Source: Trichinella spiralis
Taxonomy: Eukaryota
NCBI RefSeq assembly: GCF_000181795.1
Contig: NW_003526943.1
Span: forward strand, 7,802,672-7,866,671
Length of the DNA stretch: 64,000 nucleotides
Reading direction: 5' to 3'
Part shown: piece by piece, positions 38,571 through 50,408 of the stretch
How the letters are laid out: every line of letters starts with the position of its first letter
Numbering within the stretch: the stretch's first letter is position 1
Program-made: the position numbers and the translations under genes
The notes under the pieces: generated by a model
What the model was told of the DNA's origin: nothing
Databases searched by the model: none
Seen by the model: only the letters and a program-made list of their open reading frames with translations

Positions 38571-40597
38571 TCAAGCTAACTTCATCAACCCTACAGAGCG
38601 AATGGCTTGCAACTCCGCCAGTTTCATATTCATTTCTACAACCTTGAAATTCGCTTTGTTGATGGATTTCTCCGTTCTTCGCTTCTAAATCAAATAAATG
38701 TACAAACTGATCTAGTAATTTAAATTTGATACTTTTCGTTCCAGCTTCACAATCTGCTTCCTGAGACGCTTCTCTTCAGTCGTCTCATGCCGTTTACGAA
38801 CATTTGATGCAGCCAATAAAACAGCTTCAACTTTTTTACGCTTTCTCAGTTGCCCATATACCTCATCGCCAGATTCTTTCGATTTCATTGACTCTATAGG
38901 AAGACCACGTTTCTTGTCCAATATAATTGGTCCTTTGCATTCTTTAGGTATACCAATCACTGTCGGGTGATTGTACAGACTTGATTTCAAACCTAAAATA
39001 TTAAAGAAATTAACTATTTAATTATAGAAAAATTTTCGATTTTACTCAAAACTGATTCGCAGTCCCAACGTGGCTTCTTCTGCTCATCCTCTATTAACAC
39101 TGTTCGCTCTTTTTCATCATAATTTAAATAATCCAATGTTTTACGTTTAATTTCTTCTTTTTCTTTTTCATCAACATCACTGTAATGATATAAAACATCA
39201 TTTTATAAATTAAAAAAAGCTTTTCAACTGATTGCTACTAAAATTACTATTCTTTTTTCTCTTCAATTGTTTCCAAAGTGCCATTATAAATATTTCGCGG
39301 AATTGAGCTTAACATTAAGTCATCTTTCTCGCTTTCTTCGCTTTCGTCGCATTCATCCTCTTCAATTTCATCTTTATATTGTTTATTTAAGAGCTAAACT
39401 CGCAGCAAAAAATGCAATATTACAAATAAAAATGAAAAAAACATTTAAAATTCATACCACTTCAAAACGTTTATCCAACTCTTTTAAATCAGCACTACGG
39501 CGCATCGCTGATGATGACATTGAAAAACATGACAATTTAGAACGAACATCTTCAACAATCGTATCATCGTCACCGTCATCAGACCATTGCCTTTTATAAT
39601 GTCTTTCAGTAAAATCCATTTTCGGACCAAAACATCCATATTCAGCGTGTGAATCATCTATTTTCTCATCTTCAGGTAAATTAGCTTTCATAAAAAAATC
39701 ATCCTCTAACTGCAACTCTGGATCGTCGAAATCAAAATCGCCTTCCAATGCGGCAACAATATCAGGATCAAGTTCAGGGTGTGGTCCTACAAAATATCAA
39801 ATTAATAAAAAAACAAACACACCAAACTAAAACCATACCTGGTTGCGGTGCCGCCTGGTTCAATATGCCAACTTTCAGTTCTGCACTGCAACATCCAAGC
39901 AAAGACGATGGAATAACAATCATACCATCCTAAAATACATATCATAACCAAGGAATATAATCTAAATTTTTAATCGAATGCTTAGAAATAAAAAGATCAT
40001 AATTTTGCATAAATTCGAATTTCACATATCACATTTAAATGCGAACCAACATTTTCCAGAACATCACGTTATTAATATGTTTATATTTAACTGCTTTAAT
40101 ACAAACACTTTAATGAAAAAAATCAAAGCAAAATAGCATCTCAATCAATCTTTAAAGCAGTTACTAGTATCATTAAACAAACAGACAAGTAAACTAAAAA
40201 TCAACACAATTTCACCTATTCAACTTAGTCAAATGCAAAGACAAACTAAACAAACTATTCTTACTTCTACATTCTTCTCATCTGCGGGATAAACGCGATA
40301 TCGTTCAGCAGACAAATCAAGTTTTGTCAGCTCATTTGTATCCTTCAAATGCTGAAGATAATCATAATCGTCGTCAAAGAATATTCCATATTTCTTTTGC
40401 TCTTTCAATCTATCAGCTTCAGATAAGGTATTAGATTGAACACCTGATGCAGCTGCGCTTGAAGACGGCTCATTTTCGGGAATCAAGACATATGGACTAG
40501 CATCTGTAGAAATAAGTGGATCTTTCTGACTTCGATGTCCTAAAGTGAAAATTACCGCAGTTTTCTTATTTATGAACGGCTTTTTCTTACGACCCAT
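38571..40597 (-). CDS. LTV1: Ribosome biogenesis protein LTV1; multi-exon
   Basis: MGRKKKPFINKKTAV.F.L.HRSQKDPL, YGIFFDDDYDYLQHLK, LEDDF, FSMSSSAMRRS..L..LD.RFE, WDCESV, LYNHP and ETTEEKRLRK..VK.ERK. Confidence 0.93.
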
Positions 40598-41019
40598 TGT
40601 TCAAGGTCTCATACCGTTCAATAAGGATATATCAAAGTCTGTGACGACTCATTAAGTTACTGTAACTGTAAAAGTTCAATTTTCATACTGTAAAATTTTT
40701 TACTCTTTATTATAACATTCTTTACTATTACTGTCATTAATGTGCGAATTTCAAATTTATAATGTTAAATAATTTTCAGATACATCCATTTTCAATACTT
40801 ATAATACAATTGATTAGGCAATCTCCATTTCACATTTTTGTCGAATGTAATGAAGTGGAACTTGAACATGAGTTGCGAACGCAGATATGATGCAGATAAG
40901 AATTACGAAAATTTTTTAATTTATCATTTATTTACGATTCCCATTGACAAATTCTTTCATATTAGCAGGAGAAAAATGTGAATGGAAAGCAAATATTGAC
41001 AAAATTTATAAGTTGTCAT

Positions 41020-42079
41020 TCACAGTGTTCCAAGATGATCTTTCACTTGCTGCTTGGACAGTCGACGAAAACCATGCTTATCACAAACACCGATTTCAAC
41101 GTTATCTTCGTTCATAGCCACGTCAAAACTTTCTTTTAAACTTAAAAGTGCCGTATGAATAGCATCATCTTGTTCCAACGTTTTGGAATACCTCAAAAAT
41201 TATTGAAATGCAAAACGAATGATAAAAAAATAAATTCTAAATACCGCTTTTCAAGAAATGTTCTCGCGTTTACATAATTTTTCCCAAGAGCGGTTGCTTT
41301 CCATGCAAAATATGCACCCTGATGATCATTTAAATTCACATTAAAAATTACAAATCACACAAAAAATTCTAAACAAAACAGAAGCATCAAATACTTACCG
41401 ATGGATCGGACTGCCATAGATGCGGTTTTCCATTATCATATCCTGCAATTAATAAAGAAATGCCATATGGTCGAACACCCCTAAAGTGCGCAAATGATAT
41501 TTCAATATTTGAAGTAAATTTGCCTTTACCCAGATTGAGTGTACTGCTGCATTAAAACAGCGACGCGTTGAACAAGCTGTATGGTGGGAATTGGTTCACC
41601 GTATAAAAGACGATATTCTTGAGCCTCCTTCCTCGCCTTTTTTACAAGCACACTTAAAAATTTTGTCAGTCTTAAATTAATGCGAAGATCACATTCCACT
41701 TAAAAGAAATTTACCGAAAATCAGGACCCATACCACTATAAACCATTCCTATATGTGGAGCAATTTCTTCAATTTTGTGAATGCAATGCTCTTCATATAG
41801 GATAGATTTCATTTTATTTTCAGATGCGAGAACAACACTGTCTTTTGCTATAATCATATAAATAAATAAATATACTAAATTATTTTTTTTAGTAAAAATT
41901 GAAACTTATATAACAAATTTATAATAATAATGTAAAGTATATTTCATATGGAAATAAATATTACCATTTATACCGACAGCTGCAGAACCACTCGATACAG
42001 CAGCTAAAGCGTATTCAATCTGAACGAGTTTTCCAGATGGACTGAATGTAGTCAACGAAAAACTGTAACGTTCACTCAT
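41020..42079 (-). CDS. PSMA2: Proteasome subunit alpha type-2; multi-exon
   Basis: [69 protein letters not shown] and VKDHLGTL*. Confidence 0.96.
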
Positions 42080-42401
42080 TTTCCGAAAACCGTACAAAAA
42101 TAAACAATTACAGAATTCTGATAGTAAAAGATTGAAATGAACTCAAAAGTAGCGTTTCAATATTTTACGCTCCTACAATTCACTTCACAATATACTGTAA
42201 ATAAAAATTTTCAGGCAATAACATACAAAATATAATAATAATTATTATAATATAACATACAAATTGATAAATAAAAAATATGATAATTTATATTATGTGA
42301 ATTTTTACATTAATGCTATTTAGTATTTTGAATATTTTACTTAATCATCACAATCTGTAATTTGTTTGTTAAATTATTGTACATTTGTAAATTAATCTGG
42401 A

Positions 42402-44292
42402 ATGGCTAAAAAAGTTATTGACATTTCTCGAATTCGTGGTTGTTTACTTGGAGCATTGGCAGGGGATTGTTTGGGTAGAAAATTTGAAGGCAGCACTTTC
42501 AACTTCACAGATAAAAATGATAGCGAAAAATACAGGCAAGATGTGCTGAATTACGTTGAAGAATGCTTTTCGAGTAGGGATCACCAATTTTATTAGCTTT
42601 TCTTTTTTTAAAATTTTTCTGAAACAGTTGTCGGTCCAAAGGAAAGGCTGAAATACACCGATGACACTGCCATGGCTCGTGTAGTTGCTGCAACATTGGT
42701 TGATAAGAATTATTTTGACGCGAAAGCCATGGCAAAAGGGTGAGATTTGTTCGTTTGTTATATTTTTTTGAATTTTGAAAGGATCGTTTAATGCATTTGA
42801 ACACCTTTGAATGCAGCTTTGTAGAAACTTATTTTTCTGAGAAATGTAACCGTGGCTACGGTGGCAGTATTTCTCAAGTGTTCAAAAAATTGCGTGATTC
42901 CGATTTCGACGACGTATTTCTGCCAGCTGAATTTCAGTTCGATGCAAAAGGAAGTTATGGAAATGGTGGTGCAATGAGAGTTGCTCCGGTGGCGTTGTAC
43001 TTCAGCAACGATTTAGAAGCTGCACTACACGTATGCTTGTATTTCGTTTGTTTGTAGTTTATGCTTACATAGGGGGAAGTACATCAGGTAGCAAAAGAAC
43101 AATGCCGAATTACTCATTCAAATCCAGATGCAATTATGGGGGCAGTATTAATTGCTTTTGCAGTTTACCAAGCCTGCCACGCTGAACAAAGTTTAAGCCA
43201 GTCGGAATGGATAGCCGATTTGCTAAAATTTATTCAACAAAAATGTGCTGATATTTATCCGAACACGTAAGAAAATTAACTGCACATGATATTCGTTTTT
43301 AGTTTGAATTTATTTGAAGAAACTTATTTAGTTTTGCAAATAATAATTAATATGTTAATTATATAGAAGGTTGAATTTTCAGAAGATATGACGAAATTAT
43401 TAGTTAATTAAATTTGTTCATTTACAATCTGTTTAAATTGACTTAAATTTTTCTTATAATTTCGAATGATTTTATAGTTTATTTATTTTATAAATAACAA
43501 TAAGCAGTTATTAATTGATAACGCAATAAAATGAGAAAAATGATTGCATCTGGTGTGTAAAGGCAATTGTTAGTTGGAAGTTTGAATGATACTGATATAT
43601 TTGTTTCATTTGTACGATTATAATTTTTAGCAGTACTACTAAAAATCCTTATTATGAAAAATTGTCATTGTTTTCAAATCTGATTAAGAATGATTCGCCA
43701 AGAGCAGAAGTTTCAACATTACTTGGTATAGATATTATTTTTAATATTTTTTAGACAATGTGATTTAATGTAGGTAATGGGATAGCTGCTTTGGATTCGG
43801 TTCCTGCAGCGTTGTTTTCTTTCATCAAATGCATAAAGCCTTTTGGCGAAATTTCAGTAATTTGTTTTCTTCTGTTTCAATTTCATACCTTTGCAAGTGA
43901 TTTAATTTTAATAGATGAGCAATCCACTGCAAAGAACCATAGCTTATGCAATTTCTCTCAGTGGCGACACCGACACTATTGCAACAATGGCTGGTGCTAT
44001 AGCTGGTGCTTTGTATGGTGATGTTCACATTCCTGATGCTTTGTACTATGCAATGGAAGGTATTTTTTAATTCTTCACCTGTTTTTTCTAATTAATAATT
44101 ATACAAATATAAATATAATAAAATACTTTGAAACTATTAAAACATTCAAATGAAGGTTACTGAAAAAATTAAGCTGCTTGTTGATTAGCTATTTTATAAA
44201 TCATGTGAAATTTCTGTGAAATTTTATTTGTTGTAGGATCCGAATTTTATTCTAAAATTGCGTTGAAAATGCATCGCTTTTTGCAAGGTTAG
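42402..44292 (+). CDS. ADPRS: ADP-ribosylhydrolase ARH3 (ADPRS/ADPRHL2)-like; multi-exon
   Basis: GCLLGALAGDCLG..FE, YTDDTAMA, RGYG, QFDAKGSYGNGGAMRVAP, ITH, GNGIAALDSVPAA and SGDTDTIATMAGAIAGALYG. Confidence 0.9.
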
Positions 44293-46509
44293 TAAACTGA
44301 TGTCAGAGGTGTTTTGGATGAGAAAATTTGATTAGTGGTTGCTTCTGGTTGTCATTGAAAATAAATTGTCTTTTTTCTATAAAATGCATTGCAATCTTGC
44401 AGTTTTAATCTCAAATAAATGAGAATCAACTTTCCGCATGGTCGAAAATTGGAGAGATCAAAAGCAATTGCTACAGAATTTAAATAAATGGCAGGCTTTC
44501 GAAGAAAGCATGCTACCTAGCTTCGAAAGCTTGCTTTCAAACCAAAACATGTTGAACTGCTTAACATTATATTCACAAAGTCACATGACAACAGAACCAC
44601 TCAAAGTAAACAACACGTCCGAATAAATGGAAAGAAATGCAATCGCAAGAACAATTCTGCTTTCAGGTAGAAATTCTTCACAATAAAGCATGAACATTGT
44701 TAAGCATCTGCATAGCAATGAGAATTCAATTTCAAAACAAACGATTTTATTGCCGGTAGAGAAGATGAAAGATGATACTTGTTGTTGAATGCTTTGCCGT
44801 GTTAATTTTTCATCATTGCTATTTTCTCCGAAAAATAAGCAACTACTATTAGCATCGTTTTTCATTTCAAGAAAAACTATAACATATCAGTTGGACTGAA
44901 ATATTACCATCACCGACACATCACAAACTAATCATTCAGAATTTAAACGGGAGCGAGAAAATAGTGTCAAGTTCACATGCTACAGGCACAAAACAGTGCT
45001 GAAATACTTTTAGACAAGCTAAATACAGGCATGATAAGTTATAATACAAGTCAGAATGATTTTCTTTTTTTACCTTAAATTTTTATATGTCCATATTTTT
45101 TAAGTAATTATCTAAAATGATGTTGACATAGGATTCTCGCGAAACATTTAATAGCGTAAGTAAATGCTATTAATGATAGTAAAGTGTAACTACAAATTCC
45201 ATATAGCTATTGATGCAAACTTTAAGAAAATGAAAGTATAACACATTAAAATGCATAAAAATGAACGAAAAGGAATTGAAAATGCTTAACATTCTTAAAG
45301 TATATAACAAAGAATTGTTTTTGATTTTTATTGAACTTTGGATGGGAGCGAATAAACTCTACAATGAAAAGTATTTAAAATTTAACCTTAATTATCATAT
45401 CTTACAGAATGTAAATACAGTCATGTTTCATTTTGCAGTAAATGCAATTGCAAAGTGAATTGAGTACGTCGAGCATTTTGAAATGTTTTGCAGTTTGTTC
45501 TGTATCTTTTTTGTTGACTGTTTGAAAAAGTGTTCAAACAGTTTGTCCCTGCTGCGTACATCACAGTTATGCAAATTTTTAATCAAAAAATTTTGAAAAT
45601 TTGAATTATTCATTTTTTGGAAATATTCATAAATATAACGAAAAGTAAAAATTATTTTTTAGTTTATGCAATACTGAGTAAAAAAAAATATGCAAAACAA
45701 ATGAACAATGAATTGACAGTCAGCATAATCACTTTGTCATTGGTTGACTAGGTTAATGAAAAGTAGGATACTCCATGATGGGCAAACTGTTTAAAAATAA
45801 TAAGATACCGTAACTTTTAAATTAAAGTTTTAAGCTTGCTTACTTTATATACATTGATACAATTTTTTCACAAGAATATGAAATGTTGTAAATAAAACTG
45901 AGTTTATTTCATGTCAATAGGCATTAATATACTTTTCATTTTTAAAGCAATGTTGAAAATTAAAACAAAGTTCAACATCAGCATATAATTTTTGTGATAG
46001 TTATATACAGTAAATAACATAAATTTACTCAATTACATAATTCCTGTCTGCATTTGAAAACAGCTGTAACGACTAGTAAATTCTTGGTTTTATTTCAATA
46101 CACAAAACACGCTAGTTAGAAAGCAGACTGATAAATTTACGTTTACCATGTCAATTATATTTTGTAATGCAATCAATGTGGTACAGTTTTTTAAATAAAT
46201 ACATTTACTGTACTGTCATATCTAAAACAATATGACATGAGTCTTTATCGCACTGTTCCACAAAAATGGTTCATGGAACTAATGCCCATCATAGCTGTCA
46301 TAAATATTTAGATGTCTTTTGAATTAAAAATAGATAGTAATGTTTAAAAAATAAATTATTTAAAATTTCTAAAGATTGTATTATATTTAAAAATTTATGC
46401 AAAACTTATTTATTGTACTTGCACATCTGTAAAGTAATACAGTGCTATTTTTCTGTTGCTTTATGTTAGTTATTCGTTCACGTTTACAGCAAATTAGTTA
46501 CTTTTGAAC

Positions 46510-49423
46510 ATGTTCTCTGGAGTGAAAATTTGTACACTTGATAGTAACTTAAAATGGTCAAGCGAACAAAAGCTGGAATCATTAACAATTGACCAGGAGA
46601 AAATGATGTATCTAGTGCACGAATCGGGTATTCCTTTCTTTCTTTACACTGTTATTACACATTTTCAGAATGCTACTTTCGAGTATATTACATTTTATTG
46701 ACCTAACATTTTTATTTAAGAGATGTGCGAATCCAGTATAATGTTGGTAAACTTCGATCATATGCTCATTAAAGAGCAGTGCATCCTTTTGAACCTGAAG
46801 AATGATAACACAGCTATGATGCTAACGTTTTCTTCAAGCGAGGGTATTTGTGCATTCATATGTATGGTGGATTGGCAGTTTTGATAGATTTATTGCGGAA
46901 TATTTTGTTCCTAATTGTAATCATGTGTACTGATATGAATAAGAACAGTTGTTATCAAGCATGTAGAGAGATGTGAAATTACTTGATGACTATGATATCA
47001 TTAATTTTTGAAATATTGGATATAACACTTCAGATAAAAATGAGTTAATATGTTGATGAGTTCTATTTATTTATTTTTACTTATAGACGCTCAAGATTTC
47101 ATAAAATTGCTGAGTAATGCATCCAAGTCAGAAGTAGTCGATAGTGGATTGTCTCGTTTTGATCAGCGAACAGAAGAAGCTTCTGCATCCAGTTACTTTC
47201 AGGTAATCGCATACAAGTGCATCGTTCTTATCGTATCATGATTCTTTTACTGTTAAAGTTTTATGGATGTTTGGCACAACAGCAAAACATGATGCAGGAC
47301 TTCATTCGAACCTCGACTTATCAGCGAGCAGTTCTTGCGAACTTGGACGATTTTAAAGACAAGGTGTTGGTTCTCAAAATTTTCTAATAATAAATTAGTC
47401 CCGTTTTAGGTTGTTTTGGACGTAGGTGCTGGATCAGGAATTTTATCTTTTTTTGCCGTCCAAGCAGAAGCAAAAACTGTTTACGCTATTGAAGCTAGCA
47501 GTATGGCAGTGCATTGTGAAGTGTGTGAAATGAAATATTATCAATTAGTATTGGTGTTTTTGAATAAGAGGGATGTTAATTCTTCGTTTGTTGTAGACTC
47601 TTACGAAGAGTAACGGATATGAAGATCGCATAAAAGTTATTGCTGAGAAAGTTGAGAATGCTGTTCTTCCTGAGTTAGTGGATACTATCATATCTGAACC
47701 AATGGGTTGTATGCTGTTAAATGAAAGAATGTTAGAATCGTTTGTGCACGCGCGGAAATTTTTGAAGCCAGGAGGTACTGTATAGAATGGCGTCTTTCTT
47801 TCTATTCTTTTTGATATCGCATGATTTTAAGGGAAAATGTATCCAACTATTGGTGATTTGCACTTTGCGCCATTCTCCGATGAGATTCTTTATGCCGAAA
47901 CTTGCGCAAAGGCTAATTTTTGGTATGTTTATTACATTAATTTTGAAAACGTTATTTAACATTACCATTTTTGCTCAGGGCCCAAGATCATTTCCATGGC
48001 ATTAATCTATCCGCTTTAAAAACTCAGGGATTTTTAGAATTTTTCCGTCAACCAATTGTGGTATGTATAGAGTAAAATTTCTTATTTTTTAGTTTATGAT
48101 GTGTAATTTAACATGACTTTCTGTTTTAATATACTTTTTGTGCACATACTTCACTTAAATATTTTTACGATTTGACCCGGTTTTCTTTGTTTATTTCCTA
48201 CAGTATTTGTAAAAACTGAGCAAGTAATATTGATTGTTAATGTAAATTGTTGAATAATATTCTTGTTAAATATTCAAGTATAGAGCTTTAAATTGCATAA
48301 TTAGATTTTGTAAATGTCTTAAAAAATCCTGAAATTCAAATCCATTGCTAAAATGTCGAATGCAAGTCTGAATTTTTTGTTTGAATTTTCATGATTTTGA
48401 TTTTTAGGATACATTTCACTGCGGAATCTTGATGGCGCACGGATTGAAGTATACTATTGATTTTTCTACGTGCGCGGAAGAATCTTTTCAGCGTATTGAA
48501 ATACCATTTGATTTTGAAATGAAGCGAACTTGCTTTGTTCATGGAATGGCTTTTTGGTTTGATGTCGCTTTTATTGGTACCAAGTATGTCGATTTCTTAT
48601 TTTGTAGAGTGGATTGTTATTCTAAATATGTTTTTTTCTTTAGCTCGACTGTATGGCTGTCCACCTCACCATCGGAGCCGTTGACTCATTGGTACCAAGT
48701 TCGATGTCAGATTATGCATCCACTGTTTTGCAAAATTGATTCTCATTTAACGGGAACTGTAATATTTGTGGCAAACAAACGTCAGAGCTATGATATTGAA
48801 TTAACAATGTCTTGCGATGGAAAGTCAACGACAAATGTGCTAGATTTGAAATATCCATTTTTTCGCTACAACGGCCAACCTGTGCAGCCACCACCAGGTA
48901 ATCAGAACATCTCGCCAACAGATGCTTATTGGTCTATGGTTCGTCAACAGCCAACTACAAGTATGTTTTGAAAAATAGCATTACCAGGTTGTTGTTTTGT
49001 TATGTTTTCTGCATTTTAAATTTTTTCGAAATTTTAGGTGAACAGCACTTTGCTGTAAATGGCAATGGCGCGATCGTTGGAGTCGACGTGAACGATCCGC
49101 AAAGTATGGCCCAAAATGCTGTCAATGCATGGAATGCAGGTGAGTACTTAATGAGTTGAACATTGAAATAATAATTTGTAAAGTACAATACATTTAGCTG
49201 GTGCTTCAACTTCGTCATTCTCGGACTCGGCAGTAATTAATTTGTTTTTGAATTAAATAAAAATTGAAATTGAAATAAATGTTTTAAATAGTTTTCTGCG
49301 GCGGGCTATAATCACCTTGGCGGCCCTGGTTATGTCGGAACTGTGTACGATTCGTCTTTAATGTTTTATCCTGAGGAAGAAAATTCGATTCAAGTGGCAG
49401 ATTACAGCATGTCGCGCGGATGA
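46510..49423 (+). CDS. CARM1: Histone-arginine methyltransferase CARM1/PRMT4; multi-exon
   Basis: [85 protein letters not shown] and DLKYPFFRY. Confidence 0.93.
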
Positions 49424-50408
49424 GGCATAGCGAATGGAAAAAACGGCATCCTGACCGAGCCGTTCTGTGTTTTATTTCTTCTACCTTTTAATTTTTGGAA
49501 TTATATTTGGCATACATTATACATTTTACATACTGAATTCTTTGCAAGCTGCTTTTATGGCATTTTTCAGTTGCGTAAAAAGTCATTAATTAAACGTACA
49601 TTCGATTTCAGCATTCCAATAAATTTATTAAATGTACAACTGTAATTTTTTTAATTATTTTTGTTTTTTATTTGTATTACTGTGCTGATAAGCGTGAAAA
49701 TGTATGAAATGTTTTAAATTGAATCTTAATTTAAGACGACAATTTGTGCCTCAAAAGTCCCAAATGCACTAGCAACAACACACTGGCCGCTTTTCACCAC
49801 TAAAAGCATCAGTTTAGCCTAAATGATCAAATAATAATTTGTGAAAATATGAAAATTAGTTGTGTTTAAAAATTAATAATGTTAAAATGATGACCAGATT
49901 TCAGTTGACATTTTGGCAAATATGTACATACATTTAATGAAAAAATAGTAAAACTATTTTTTGTGGATGTATTGTTTATTAATATATTAACATCTTAAAT
50001 CTTATTTCATGTATTATTATGTATAAATCATGTGTTATAAATAATTTGTAATAGCACTTTTTTCTTTCATTTATATTTCCAATAATACTTGATCATCATG
50101 TTACCGTATTTTCCAATTATCTAAATTTTTACATGCTGTCCTCTATAAGTGTTTTACAATGCCTATAATACTGATGTTTATAAATATAAAGTGTACATTC
50201 CCGAGCTTTATCATCTTCAAAATTAGTAATAATGCTATAAGTAGTATTTAAACAAAATATTGTAATTAGTAATTAAACAGTTACGCTAGAAAGATTAGTG
50301 TTTGTGTTTTACTTTATTGTAACATTGTTAACATGTAATAAGAAGATGCGAAAAGTTTTATAATCCAACTAAATTTGTGCAGTTTTTATTTGTGCATTTT
50401 TAGCTAAG

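Noticed and set aside
40621..40630. ATATCCTT resembling a U12-type donor (minus strand)
   Set aside because: It lies ~30 nt before the LTV1 ATG with no room for a branch point and acceptor.
44438..44865. Opposing short ORFs downstream of ARH3, with an in-frame TGA on the minus strand
   Set aside because: No recognisable motif, no SECIS-like element and no splice support; cannot be called a gene or selenoprotein.
46231..46302. TATGACA...TGTCATA hairpin upstream of CARM1 as an H/ACA snoRNA
   Set aside because: No convincing H or ACA box, and the stems are short enough to arise by chance in AT-rich DNA.
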